A stretch of 64,000 nucleotides of DNA from Nibricoccus sp. (GCA_047602425.1 JASGHG010000001.1:3456001-3520000); one strand, 5' to 3'. Counted from the stretch's first letter, positions 1-9,613 are shown. Numbers and translations: made by a program. The notes: generated from the letters alone by a model not told the origin.

Positions 1-828
1 GAGCCGGGCTACCGGCGGGGCAAGGACCTGATTAAACAAGGCCGCAATCAGGAAGCGCTCAGCGAGTTTCTAAAAGTCATCGACAAACGCGGTCTCGATA
101 ACGCTCCGGAGTCGCACCTTGAAGTCGGTCTGCTCTATCAGTTTCACATCAAGAATCCCATCGCGGCGATTTATCACTATCAAAAGTTTCGGGAACTGAA
201 ACCCAACAGTCCGCAGGCCGACCTTGTGCGCCAACGCATCGATGCGGCGACACGCGATTTTGCCAAGGCCGTGCTGGGAAACTCGCTCGACAAGGATCTC
301 GATCGGCTGACCACGGACGAATTGGCGAAACAACTTCGGCTCGAAAATGATCGGCTAAAGACGGAAATCGCCTCTTTGCGGGCTGGAAAAATTGTCGCAT
401 CGCGCGACGCGGAAACGGCTGCGACCGAGGAAACGCCCGCCCAAGCTGCGCCAACGAGGCCGGCAACAGTCGCGAATAACGAGGAGTCCCCCGTGCAACG
501 CGCGGCGATCGAGCCTGAGGTCAGTCCCGTTGCCCCGGTCGCTCCAGTCCCCACACCGCGTCCGACCGCTCCAGCGCAAGCGCAGACCCGCCCGCCAACG
601 CCATCCAGCAACACGACTCGTCCGGGTACGACGGCTTCTTCGACGACAACACGCCCGTCGACGTCCTACCGCCGCCACGTGGTCGCCAAAGGCGATACTC
701 TCTACAGCCTCTCTACAAAATATTACGGCAATCCTTCCCGTTGGAGGGATATCTATGCGGCTAATCGCGATGTGATGCGAAACACCGACGATTACAAAAT
801 CGGTATGGTGTTAAAAATTCCGCAGTAA
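1..828 (+). CDS. TPR/coiled-coil protein with C-terminal LysM domain (5' partial)
   Basis: Frame of ORF 226..828 is open back to base 1 (EPGYRRGKDLIKQGRNQEALSEF...HLEVGLLY, TPR-like). Pro/Thr-rich linker, then LysM motif HVVAKGDTLYSLSTKYYG...IYAAN...LKIP. Confidence 0.85.
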   Translation, partial: EPGYRRGKDLIKQGRNQEALSEFLKVIDKRGLDNAPESHLEVGLLYQFHIKNPIAAIYHYQKFRELKPNSPQADLVRQRIDAATRDFAKAVLGNSLDKDLDRLTTDELAKQLRLENDRLKTEIASLRAGKIVASRDAETAATEETPAQAAPTRPATVANNEESPVQRAAIEPEVSPVAPVAPVPTPRPTAPAQAQTRPPTPSSNTTRPGTTASSTTTRPSTSYRRHVVAKGDTLYSLSTKYYGNPSRWRDIYAANRDVMRNTDDYKIGMVLKIPQ

Positions 829-946
829 GTCTCGCGTTTGTATTGTCAAACGCCGCAGCGATTTTTGCGCCGCGCAAAATTTGCGTGTTCTCCGCCAAGC
901 ACTGCGGAGGAAATCGGTGTATGTTGTGCGAGATTCCGATACGCAC

Positions 947-2353
947 ATGATTCTGCCCGACGAAAACGCCGCCACGCCGAAAAACACCTCACTGGATCTC
1001 GACTTGATTCGGAAGTACTCGATCCCGGCGCCGCGTTACACGTCATATCCGCCTGCGACTCAATTCGTCGACGATCTGGCCAAGGTTGACCTCGACAAGG
1101 CGCTCAAGGACGACAACGCCTCCGGCAAAAACCCGCTTTCGCTCTATTTTCATCTCCCGTTTTGCGAAACGCGTTGCTGGTACTGCGGCTGTAACACCGT
1201 CATCACGAAGCGCCACGATGCGGCGGCCGAATACCTCGACGACGTCGCGACCGAGGTGAAACTCATCGCGGCGCGCAATGACCGCGCCCGCCCCGTCACG
1301 CAGGTGCACCTCGGCGGCGGTACGCCGACTTTTCTTCCGCCCGACCAGCTCCGCCGGCTCGGCGCGATGTTTCACGAGAACTTCTCTATCGCCAAAAACT
1401 GCGAGATCAGCGCCGAACTCGATCCGCGCCGCCTGAAACACGAACACATTGTGGCGCTCCGCGAAATCGGCGCCACCCGCGCTTCGCTTGGCGTGCAAGA
1501 TACCAATCGCAAGGTCCAACTCGCGATTAACCGGTACCAGCCGCAATCGCTGAACCAGCAGGCGATGGATTGGCTGCGCGCTGAAGGTTTCAATTCGGTC
1601 AACGTCGACCTCATTTACGGCCTTCCCCTGCAAACTCCTGAAACGTTTACGAAAACGATTGATGACGTGCTTTCGCTTTCACCCGAGCGTCTCTCGGTGT
1701 TCAGCTACGCGCACGTTCCGTGGATCAAGCCCGCGCAGCGCATTTTCGAAGATCGCGGCCAGTTGCCCACGCCAGAGGAAAAACTCGCGATGTTTGCCCT
1801 CGCGCACGAACTCCTCACCGCGGCCGGATACGTCGACATTGGTCTCGACCATTTCGCCAAACCCGACGACGAACTTGCGCGAGCCCAGCGTAGCGGCACG
1901 CTCCATCGCAATTTCCAAGGCTACAGCACTCACGCCGGCGCGTCGCTCTACGGTTTCGGTCTCTCGTCGATCTCCCAAACACCCGACGTCTATATCCAAA
2001 ACCACAAGACGCTCATCGCCTACCGCACCGCGCTCTCTTCGGGCCAATTGCCGGTTGAACGTGGTTTAAGATTGAACGACGAGGACAAGCGCCGCCGTAC
2101 GCTCATCATGCGCATCATGTGCGACCGTGGGCTGGACTACAAAAAACTCTCCGCCCAACTCGGCGTGGACGTGGCGAAAGCCTACTCGTCCGAAATCGCC
2201 TCGCTGCACGACCTCGTGGCCGACGGTATCGTGAAGATGGGCACGCAAGGCTTCACCGTGACCCCCGCCGGCACGCCGCTGCTCCGCGTGGTCGCCATGC
2301 GCTTCGACGCCACGTTGAAACCCGTCGCCCGCCAGCACTCACAGGTGATCTAA
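947..2353 (+). CDS. hemN: oxygen-independent coproporphyrinogen III oxidase (radical SAM)
   Basis: PRYTSYP, LYFHLPFC, CxxxCxxC (CETRCWYC), GGGTP, LHRNFQGY. ATG at 947 preferred over the upstream TTG. Confidence 0.93.
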   Translation: MILPDENAATPKNTSLDLDLIRKYSIPAPRYTSYPPATQFVDDLAKVDLDKALKDDNASGKNPLSLYFHLPFCETRCWYCGCNTVITKRHDAAAEYLDDVATEVKLIAARNDRARPVTQVHLGGGTPTFLPPDQLRRLGAMFHENFSIAKNCEISAELDPRRLKHEHIVALREIGATRASLGVQDTNRKVQLAINRYQPQSLNQQAMDWLRAEGFNSVNVDLIYGLPLQTPETFTKTIDDVLSLSPERLSVFSYAHVPWIKPAQRIFEDRGQLPTPEEKLAMFALAHELLTAAGYVDIGLDHFAKPDDELARAQRSGTLHRNFQGYSTHAGASLYGFGLSSISQTPDVYIQNHKTLIAYRTALSSGQLPVERGLRLNDEDKRRRTLIMRIMCDRGLDYKKLSAQLGVDVAKAYSSEIASLHDLVADGIVKMGTQGFTVTPAGTPLLRVVAMRFDATLKPVARQHSQVI

Positions 2354-2377
2354 GGCGATCCGCCAGGTGTTTCCACT

Positions 2378-2435
2378 GGAGGGCGCCGCGCTGTCGTCGC
2401 CGTTCATATCCGGCGGCCACAGCGGGCCGCCTTCC
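2378..2435. repeat. imperfect GC-rich inverted repeat (REP-like element or terminator) between convergent genes
   Basis: GGAGGGCGCCGCGCTGTCGTCGCCG ... CGGCGGCCACAGCGGGCCGCCTTCC; the arms are imperfect reverse complements. Confidence 0.5.
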
Positions 2436-2493
2436 GTTTCAATCCGACAAACCGTTGTCGGAGGGGCGATGTACCAGAACTGCGCTCCGTGCG

Positions 2494-3411
2494 TCACTCT
2501 TTCTCGGACGGCTTCGCATCGAAGAGGTCTCCGAGGGAACTCATCTTCCTTCCAAACTCTTCGCCATACTGTGGCAGCACGGCATGGGCATTATAGACAT
2601 TCATAAAACCTTCGTGCTGACCTGATGATAGAATCGACTTCATTCCCTTTAGCACTTTCGCCCAGTCGGTTTTATCCATGTCGAATGGTTCGTTGTTGCG
2701 CAAGGCTTCGTTGTGTCTGGCGAGTAGTTTGGTGATTTGTTCCGCCTGCTCGGCCTTCAAAGGGCAGTCCGTGAAATATAGATTCTCAGCCACTGACGCG
2801 GCGAACTGGCGGGCGGCCAGGGTGCGTTCATAATCTTGCAGGCGTTTGAACCCTTCCTCGCCGAGCAATTCCTTCTCGGCGGCATTCAGGGTTTGCTCGG
2901 CCTTGGAGCGCAGTCTGATCACGGCTAAATCGGACTCCTTTAGCTTTTGCGTTTCCATGATGGCGTCGATGTCGGCCAGACTTTGCCAGTGGTCGGTCAA
3001 CATGATTTCCAAGCGGTCGATCTGCGCATCATTCAAGCCGGACCGATAATAAAAGGGCGCGTACTGAGCCGCGAGATGGGCGCGGTAGCCGCGTGCTTTC
3101 TTTTCCTGTTCAGCGATCGAGTCGGATTCCTTCCTGGCCGCTTCTTCTTTGGAGACCGGCGCAGTGGCCTCGGTGAATTCGATTTTCATTAGGAGTGCGA
3201 TGGATCGATTGAGCGCGGTGATTTCCTTTTCGATCGAGGCGAGTTTTTCCCGGTAGATGGTGGTTTGTTCATCCAGCGACTTTTTCTGATGGCCGATATC
3301 CGCGAGCCGATTTAGTGTCCGCGTTGTCACTGTCATTTCACGACCATTTAACCAGAGGCAAAATGCCGTGATCGAGAGGCAGGAGAGGAAGATGGAAGTT
3401 TTATAGCGCAT
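2494..3411 (-). CDS. membrane-anchored hypothetical protein, paralogous to the C-terminal domain of the upstream ECF sigma
   Basis: N-terminal hydrophobic segment, coiled coil, then motifs shared with 3401..4948. Start overlaps the sigma gene stop by 11 nt. Confidence 0.75.
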   Translation of the reverse strand: MRYKTSIFLSCLSITAFCLWLNGREMTVTTRTLNRLADIGHQKKSLDEQTTIYREKLASIEKEITALNRSIALLMKIEFTEATAPVSKEEAARKESDSIAEQEKKARGYRAHLAAQYAPFYYRSGLNDAQIDRLEIMLTDHWQSLADIDAIMETQKLKESDLAVIRLRSKAEQTLNAAEKELLGEEGFKRLQDYERTLAARQFAASVAENLYFTDCPLKAEQAEQITKLLARHNEALRNNEPFDMDKTDWAKVLKGMKSILSSGQHEGFMNVYNAHAVLPQYGEEFGRKMSSLGDLFDAKPSEKE

Positions 3412-4948
3412 AGCTCCAAGTGATGCTGTCGCTCAGGTTTCCCTGCAGTCGGGCCAACGCTTTCAGCTGGACCGGACTGAGGATTGTTTTCGCTTCCTGG
3501 AGCGCTTTCTTCCAATCGATGTCGGTGGCGGCTGGGCTGGTGGGATCCGACGTGGCGTTGGCGAGAATCTGTGTCAATTGCCTGGAGACTGCTGCATCGA
3601 GTGGTGCATCGGTATAAACAAGGCTGCTCGCGAGCACGTTTACGATCTGCGTGCGGATGGTTATTGTTCTCCATTCCTCTTTGTATTCGTTCAAACCGGC
3701 TTCACCGAAAAATTCCTTAAACTTGTTTTCGTCGATCTTCATATTCCCCCAGTCGAGGGAAAGGGTGAACCGGCCGTGTTCATTCCCTTCGTCGATAAAT
3801 TTGTAACTGGGCACGAAGGGGTTGTCACCCCTGAGGCAGGCAAAGAAGGTTTCGATTTGTTTCGGAGTGTAGTGAAATTTGGTGAAGAGAGGACCGTAGA
3901 AATTTTGATTTGAGAAGAGGATAGGCTCGATTTTCTCCAGCACCTTTTTCATTTCATCATCGAGGTTGAGACGGAGGAGGGCTTCGACGATGGCCTCGCC
4001 TTTGAACTTGGGGCTCATGCGCTGGATTTTTGCCGCGATCGTGATCTTGAGCGTGGCGAGGGTCTGACGCTTGGACTCGCGAATTTGTTCAAGCTCGGTC
4101 AGGCGGCGTAGCAGTTGGTTTCGCTCTGCTTCCATTCGGCTGATCTTTTGCTTTTCAGCATAGAGACTACTTTCGGTCTCTCGTGTGGTGTTGGCTTTCC
4201 ACGCGACAATGCTGCCCGAACCAATCGCTGTGACAATGGAGGTCGCGACGGCGGCGATTTTTATCCCGCCGAGGAGTTGCGCGAGAAAGGTCGTGGCTTG
4301 CGCGGCGGTGGCGAGTGAGGTTGTGGCCACGGTCGCGGCGAATCCGGCGGGGGCGGCGAGGGCGGCCTGGCTGGCCATCGCGAGTTCGAGGGCGACGAGG
4401 GTCGAGACGATGCCGCGCTTGGCGAGGTGGCTGCGGAGTTTTTCCACGCCGCGGTCGATGCGTTTGCGCGTGGCTTCCTCGGAGAGGCCAAGGGTGGCGC
4501 CGATTTCGCTGAAGGAGCACTGCTTGAAATAGCGGAGCAGAATCGCCTCGCGATCGCGTTCGCCGAGTGCGTGCAGGGCGTCGTCGAGTAACGGACGGAG
4601 TTTGTCCCAGTCGATTTGATCGTGGGTGGTGGAAAAATCGTCGTGCATGGGATGGGCCTTTTGTTCGCGTTCTTCGCGTCGGGCTTCGCTGCGGCGTAGC
4701 GTGGCGACCGCATAGCGAGTGCTGGTGTGCAGCCAGCCGACGAGGTCGTTGCGTGCCGCGAGTTGGGCGGCCTTTTTCGCGAGATCAGTGAAGACCGCCT
4801 GAGTTACGTCCTTGGCGCGGGCGTCGCTGCCGGCCTGGCGCAGGGCGGTGGCGTAGACGAAATCGATATGGCGTTGCACGAGTTCGGTGAAGGCTTCTTG
4901 CGAAGATTCGTGAGTATAGCGGCGGAGCAGTTCGGGGTCACTGGACAT
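3401..4948 (-). CDS. ECF sigma-70 factor with TM helix and long C-terminal extension
   Basis: SDPELLRRY...AFTELVQRH, DVTQAVF, GWL (region 2); REAILLRYF...EIGATLG..EEATRKRIDRG (region 4); Ala-rich linker, TM segment, extracytoplasmic domain. Confidence 0.9.
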   Translation of the reverse strand: MSSDPELLRRYTHESSQEAFTELVQRHIDFVYATALRQAGSDARAKDVTQAVFTDLAKKAAQLAARNDLVGWLHTSTRYAVATLRRSEARREEREQKAHPMHDDFSTTHDQIDWDKLRPLLDDALHALGERDREAILLRYFKQCSFSEIGATLGLSEEATRKRIDRGVEKLRSHLAKRGIVSTLVALELAMASQAALAAPAGFAATVATTSLATAAQATTFLAQLLGGIKIAAVATSIVTAIGSGSIVAWKANTTRETESSLYAEKQKISRMEAERNQLLRRLTELEQIRESKRQTLATLKITIAAKIQRMSPKFKGEAIVEALLRLNLDDEMKKVLEKIEPILFSNQNFYGPLFTKFHYTPKQIETFFACLRGDNPFVPSYKFIDEGNEHGRFTLSLDWGNMKIDENKFKEFFGEAGLNEYKEEWRTITIRTQIVNVLASSLVYTDAPLDAAVSRQLTQILANATSDPTSPAATDIDWKKALQEAKTILSPVQLKALARLQGNLSDSITWSYAL

Positions 4949-4961
4949 GTTGGTATTTCCT

Positions 4962-4996
4962 TATACCAGCCCCCGGACAGAAATCCGGACAAAAAT
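4962..4996 (-). promoter_or_regulatory. candidate ECF-type promoter with 12-bp direct repeat upstream of the ECF gene
   Basis: Minus strand reads TGTCCGG-atttc-TGTCCGG-gggct-GGTATA. The first TGTCCGG is 17 nt from GGTATA, and the ATG lies 13 nt further on. Confidence 0.45.
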
Positions 4997-5088
4997 TTTA
5001 TCGATGTGCAATGCGCCGTGCAGTCGCCCACGCGTTCGGGACTAGGAATAAAAAGATGGTTCCGCCGTGATTCAACCGCAGGCCACTT

Positions 5089-5165
5089 TTGTCATCTATT
5101 AAATGACAAGTGATATTTTAGAGAGGGGCCTGACGTAGAGAAGCTTGTCATTTAATCGATGACAG
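5089..5165. repeat. pair of 21-bp palindromes TTGTCAT-N7-ATGACA(A/G), inverted relative to each other
   Basis: TTGTCATCTATTAAATGACAA at 5089-5109 and TTGTCATTTAATCGATGACAG at 5145-5165. The second equals the reverse complement of the first with 2 mismatches. Confidence 0.8.
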
Positions 5166-5337
5166 ACGTGTCTTTTCTGCGAGCACGGAAGTGACGGGAT
5201 GCCGGCATCCGGCGGGGTGGCGGTGGAAGCGGAGAGGGCGGAGTTGGTTGGAGCTAAGTTTTGCGTTAGGGCGGAAAATTTTTCGTCCTGCAACCTTGTA
5301 GCGGACACAGGCGACCGATATCAACGCGCGCAAATTC

Positions 5338-6444
5338 ATGAGCACGTTTGTCATTGTTGCACTTCTGGTTTGGGCCGGCATGAACGGCTATGCTTTCTGG
5401 CGGCTGGGCACTATTTTGGCGCTGATGCGTGTGCCGATTTGGGCGACTGGGATCACGGGCGTGGCGGCATGGCTGAGTTTTCCCGTGGCGCGATCGGTGC
5501 GTCATAATTGGCCGCGAATGGGTGGTTTTCTCGAAGTTGTCTCGGTGAACTGGCTGGGGATTCTATTGCTGCTATGTGTCTGTTATATGGTTGTGGACGC
5601 GGCGACGTTGGGCGGGCTGTTGTGGCGCAATGGGGCGCTTAAACTCAGGTTTGGCGCGACCATTGTAGCGGGGATTTTATCGGGCGTGGCCTTCGTACAA
5701 GGCGCGCGCGATCCGGTGGTACGCCAGGAGGAAATCGTGCTGCCTGGCCTGCCGAAAATGCGGGACGGGCTGCGGGTGCTGTTCGTGTCGGACATGCATC
5801 TGGGCAGACAGATTGGCCGTGAATGGTTACAGCGTATGGTTGTGCAAGCCGATGCGCTCAAACCCGACTTGATCGCCATCGCTGGGGACTTGGTCGATCA
5901 CGATGTGGAGCTGGTGCAGCCGCTGGTTCCCGAGCTAAGCCGGTTGCAGGCGCCGCTGGGTGTTTGGGTCGTGCTGGGCAACCACGATATTTACGGAGGG
6001 GCATTGGAGAGCACGAATTTGATGCGGGCGGCTGGCTTCAAAGTATTGCTGAACGAATCGGCGGAGGCGGCGCCCGGACTGCGCATTGCAGGTGTGGAGG
6101 ATTTGGGTTTCCATATGCGATCTGGTTCGGCGGAGAACGATGTGCGCAAGGCTTTGGGTGGAGGACGGTCTGGGCAGGAAGGCGTCCTGTATTTGTCGCA
6201 CACGCCGGCATTGCTCGATCTGGCGGCGGAGTCCGGGGCTGGCCTGATGCTATGCGGTCATACGCACGGCGGACAAATCTGGCCGTTTAATTATTTGGTC
6301 GCCTCGCGTTTTCCGACGATTGCCGGGCGATATACGGTGAAAGGGATGACGCTTTTTGTGTCGCGTGGCGCGGGCACGTGGGGACCGCGGATGCGGCTTT
6401 GGAAATCGGGTGAAATTTATCTGATCACGCTGCGCGCGCCGTAG
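5338..6444 (+). CDS. membrane-bound metallophosphoesterase (YkuE-like)
   Basis: N-terminal TM helices; SDMH, AGDLVD, LGNHD, LSHTP and GHTHGGQ calcineurin-like motifs. Confidence 0.9.
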   Translation: MSTFVIVALLVWAGMNGYAFWRLGTILALMRVPIWATGITGVAAWLSFPVARSVRHNWPRMGGFLEVVSVNWLGILLLLCVCYMVVDAATLGGLLWRNGALKLRFGATIVAGILSGVAFVQGARDPVVRQEEIVLPGLPKMRDGLRVLFVSDMHLGRQIGREWLQRMVVQADALKPDLIAIAGDLVDHDVELVQPLVPELSRLQAPLGVWVVLGNHDIYGGALESTNLMRAAGFKVLLNESAEAAPGLRIAGVEDLGFHMRSGSAENDVRKALGGGRSGQEGVLYLSHTPALLDLAAESGAGLMLCGHTHGGQIWPFNYLVASRFPTIAGRYTVKGMTLFVSRGAGTWGPRMRLWKSGEIYLITLRAP

Positions 6445-6455
6445 TGCGAATCTGA

Positions 6456-8090
6456 CTACAGGCCGAGCAACACGCCGCAAAGATCGTCGCCCCGCACGGT
6501 CCGGCCGGAAAAGGCGGAAATATCCGCTGCGATGAGGCCGAGGACTTTTTCTACCGGAGCGTCGTGATGGCGGCCGAGCGATTCGAGGAGGCGATTTGTG
6601 CCAAATTCCTCGTTGTCGGAATTGGGTTCTTCGGTCCATCCATCGGTATGGAGCAATAGGCGATCACCGCGCGCGAGAGAGTGGCGGGTCGAGGTATAAT
6701 TGATCCCGCGCATAAACCCCAAGGCGGGACCGCTGGCTTCGTTAGAGATGGCAATCGTTTTGGATCCACGGCGCTGGAGGAGTGGCCAGGGATGGCCTGC
6801 GCTGGCCAGATCAATGGTGCCATACATGAGATCGACGCGGCCGTAGAGCGCGGTCACGAAGCGTGGCATGGGCGGTCGGTCGAGCAAAGGACAAAGGCGT
6901 TCGTTGACGTGCTCGAGCACCTGGGCGGGGTTGAGATTCTTGCTGCGCAGATCGGCGAGAAGGCCGCGGATGAGCGTGGTGACGAGGGCGGCTTTCACGC
7001 CGTGACCCATGACATCGCAAATGAGCAGGTCGAAGCTGCGCGCGGTGAAAGGAATGGCCTGGAAAAAATCACCAGCGAGAAATTCGCAGGGCTCGTAGTG
7101 GAACCCGATGCCAGGGACAAAGGGAGCCTTGGGATCGAGCATGCCGCGGACAGTGCGAATGCTGGAGGCCATCAGCTCGGTCTGAAGCTGGCTGGCAAGG
7201 CGGAGTTCGGCCTGCATCTGCTGATTTTTGATCTCGAGATCGCGCTGGGCCTGAAGGGCCCGGGCCTCGGCTTCCTTCTGCCGGGTAATATCGGCCGCCA
7301 TGCCTACGATGCCCTGGATGTGTCCATCGGCGTCGCGCAACGGAACTTTGGAAAGCAGAGCCCAGCGATTGAGGGCGGCGGGGCTGGCGTCGAATTCCTC
7401 GCGGTTGAGGACGGAATGGCCTTTCTCAATGATCTCCTGGTCTTCGGCGGCGACGCGGCTGGCGCGAGGGTCGTCGCTCAGTTGGTCAATGCGGCGGCCT
7501 TCGACATCGGCGGGATCAGTTACGCCGATGGCGTGGCGATACGTCGTATTGGTAAGCCGAATACGGCCCTCCTCGTCCTTGACGAAGATCTGGCAGGGCA
7601 GGAGATCGATCAGGATCTCCAGCAGGCGGTGGTGCGCCTCCAGCGCCTCCTTGGCATTTTTGGTTTCCGTGATGTCGCGGGAAATGCCGAAGGTGCCGAT
7701 GATGTTGCCGTCGTCGCCCCGCAGCGGCTGCTTGGAAGAGAGAACCCAGCGCGCTCCGCCTTTGGAGGTGTTGGCTCGTTCCTCCTTACCGACAAAACCG
7801 AGGCCGGTGCGAATGATGTCTTTTTCGTCGGCGAATTTCTGACGGGCGAGATTTTTTTCGAAAAAGTCGAAGTCGGTTTTCCCAATGGCTTGGTCGGGGC
7901 TGTTGAGTCCGAAAGAAGCAGCCAGCGCGTGGCTGATCGCGAGAAAACGTCCTTCGAGGTCCTTGAAGTAGATGTAGTCCGGCAGGCTTTCGAGCAGGCG
8001 CTTGAAAAACAGCATGGGACTGCCGGCTGCTCCGTTGGAGGGACCGGGTTGTTCAGAGGCTGAAGGAGGATTCGGTGGGGACGTTGGCAC
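6456..8090 (-). CDS. PAS-PAS-SpoIIE (PP2C/RsbU-like) phosphatase
   Basis: Two PAS/PAC repeats (IYFKDLEGRF..GKTDFDFF..DITE; DITRQK); GDFF, CDVMGHG, AGHP, TDG and DD PP2C motifs. Confidence 0.9.
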   Translation of the reverse strand: MPTSPPNPPSASEQPGPSNGAAGSPMLFFKRLLESLPDYIYFKDLEGRFLAISHALAASFGLNSPDQAIGKTDFDFFEKNLARQKFADEKDIIRTGLGFVGKEERANTSKGGARWVLSSKQPLRGDDGNIIGTFGISRDITETKNAKEALEAHHRLLEILIDLLPCQIFVKDEEGRIRLTNTTYRHAIGVTDPADVEGRRIDQLSDDPRASRVAAEDQEIIEKGHSVLNREEFDASPAALNRWALLSKVPLRDADGHIQGIVGMAADITRQKEAEARALQAQRDLEIKNQQMQAELRLASQLQTELMASSIRTVRGMLDPKAPFVPGIGFHYEPCEFLAGDFFQAIPFTARSFDLLICDVMGHGVKAALVTTLIRGLLADLRSKNLNPAQVLEHVNERLCPLLDRPPMPRFVTALYGRVDLMYGTIDLASAGHPWPLLQRRGSKTIAISNEASGPALGFMRGINYTSTRHSLARGDRLLLHTDGWTEEPNSDNEEFGTNRLLESLGRHHDAPVEKVLGLIAADISAFSGRTVRGDDLCGVLLGL

Positions 8091-8239
8091 GTGAACAATT
8101 TTCAGTTACCACAGATTTCCAGCGGAGCAACAGCCCATTTGGAAGGCCTCGAACGAGGCAATCGACGGCTTGCGCGAGTTTGGCGTTGAGCGTGTAGCTT
8201 CGGGACGATTGAACGGCTGGCTTCATTTACCAAAAATCA

Positions 8240-8914
8240 ATGTTCGGATACGAATTGCTTGAAACGATCGGCTCATTCGCCGTGGAAGCGCCCGTAGCGG
8301 CCATTTTGCGTCATGCGGCGCGTTACCCGATTTTGGATGTTGCGCGGCCTGAACTGGCGGAAATCACCCCGGCGGGCGCCAAAGCGGCCGAGGAAATGGG
8401 GCGGCGGTTGAGCGGATTCGATTGCTTGAGGCTTTTTCATAGTCCGGTGAAACGTTGCCAGCAAACGGCCGAATGTCTTGCACGCGGGGCCGGGGACGCT
8501 GGATTGAAAATCACGCATCTGGGACCGGAAGACGCGCTCGGCGTGGACTACATCCTGGATTTGGCAGAAGCTGGAAAACTGAGCCAGCTGCACGGCGAAG
8601 ATTTCGTGCGGCTCTGGATACGCGGCGAAGTTTCCCCGCAAATCATTCGCGAGACGAAACACATTGCAGAGACAAAAATGACCTATCTGACCCGTCGGTT
8701 AAGCGAACCGACCAGTCAGGGCAGGCGACTCGACCTGCATGTCTCGCACGATTGGAACATCATGGTGCTCCGGGAGCACTTGCTGGGTGTGCGGCATGAA
8801 GAGGCTGGCTGGCTGAGTTTCCTGGATGGAATCGGTTTTTGTCTTCAGGACGGGGTCCTGCGGGCAAAATACCGTCAGGAGGAGAGTCGTCAGACTTTGC
8901 CCTGGGCATTTTAG
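8240..8914 (+). CDS. histidine phosphatase superfamily protein
   Basis: ILRHA, ITPAG, SPVKRCQQTA and VSHD motifs. Confidence 0.8.
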   Translation: MFGYELLETIGSFAVEAPVAAILRHAARYPILDVARPELAEITPAGAKAAEEMGRRLSGFDCLRLFHSPVKRCQQTAECLARGAGDAGLKITHLGPEDALGVDYILDLAEAGKLSQLHGEDFVRLWIRGEVSPQIIRETKHIAETKMTYLTRRLSEPTSQGRRLDLHVSHDWNIMVLREHLLGVRHEEAGWLSFLDGIGFCLQDGVLRAKYRQEESRQTLPWAF

Positions 8915-9055
8915 AAAACGATGCAAACAGGGATTCCGACCGGCTGAGGAGAAGACCCCAGTCGCGGACAAGCGCGCGGCGTCGCGAAGATTTTGCATCG
9001 GAATGTTCTGATTGAAAAATGGCATTTTATCGCGATGTAATCGCGTGCGTTACCC

Positions 9056-9613
9056 ATGAAAGTTCGAATGCCTCTCACCTTTATGCTCGGTTTTTTGGCG
9101 ACCTGCACGGTCATGGCCGCGTTTGAACCGACGGGTGACAAGGCCCGGGCAAAAATTGACGAATGGATTGATACCGCCAAAAAAATCGCAGCGGAACCCA
9201 GCCTGGTAAAGGCCGTGGCGGCGCAGAATCACCAGCTCGCGGTCGAGTACGCGGACATGTCGCAGGTCAAGTGGGCGGCGCTGGCCGATCTTGATCCGCT
9301 CGTCACGGCGCTGAGTAAAAATGCCGCGGCAAAAACGCTGAAGGCGCACAAGGTTGCGGGTTTGGCGGAGTTATTTGTTTCGGACAACCAAGGCCGGAAA
9401 GTGGCATTTCTCTCAAAGCCCACCAACTGGAGTCACGAAGGTAAGGCGAAACACGAACAGCCGATGGCTGGCAAAGTCTGGGAGGGGCGCGTCGAGTACG
9501 ATCAGTCGACCCGGCGAGTGCAGGTCCAGATTGCCGTGCCGGTTTTGCAGGAAGGAAAACCCATCGGCTCGCTGGTCGTGGGTGTCGAGTGGGAATGGCT
9601 GGAGAAAATGTGA
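9056..9613 (+). CDS. secreted stand-alone PDC/Cache-like sensor-domain protein
   Basis: Signal peptide; ELFVSDNQGRKVA...YDQST..VQVQIAVPV...IGSLVVGV is a Cache-like strand pattern. Confidence 0.65.
   Translation: MKVRMPLTFMLGFLATCTVMAAFEPTGDKARAKIDEWIDTAKKIAAEPSLVKAVAAQNHQLAVEYADMSQVKWAALADLDPLVTALSKNAAAKTLKAHKVAGLAELFVSDNQGRKVAFLSKPTNWSHEGKAKHEQPMAGKVWEGRVEYDQSTRRVQVQIAVPVLQEGKPIGSLVVGVEWEWLEKM

Noticed and set aside
837..884. FNR-like box and hairpin upstream of hemN
   Set aside because: TTTGTATTGTCAAA does not fit TTGAT-N4-ATCAA. The TTTTGCG/CGCAAAA hairpin is short and of unclear role.
881..946. Longer N-terminal extensions given by the ORF track (hemN, asd, glgC, rlmI-like, pseudokinase, cobA)
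   Set aside because: The upstream TTG/GTG starts add non-conserved sequence or overlap neighbouring genes; downstream ATGs match the family N-termini better.
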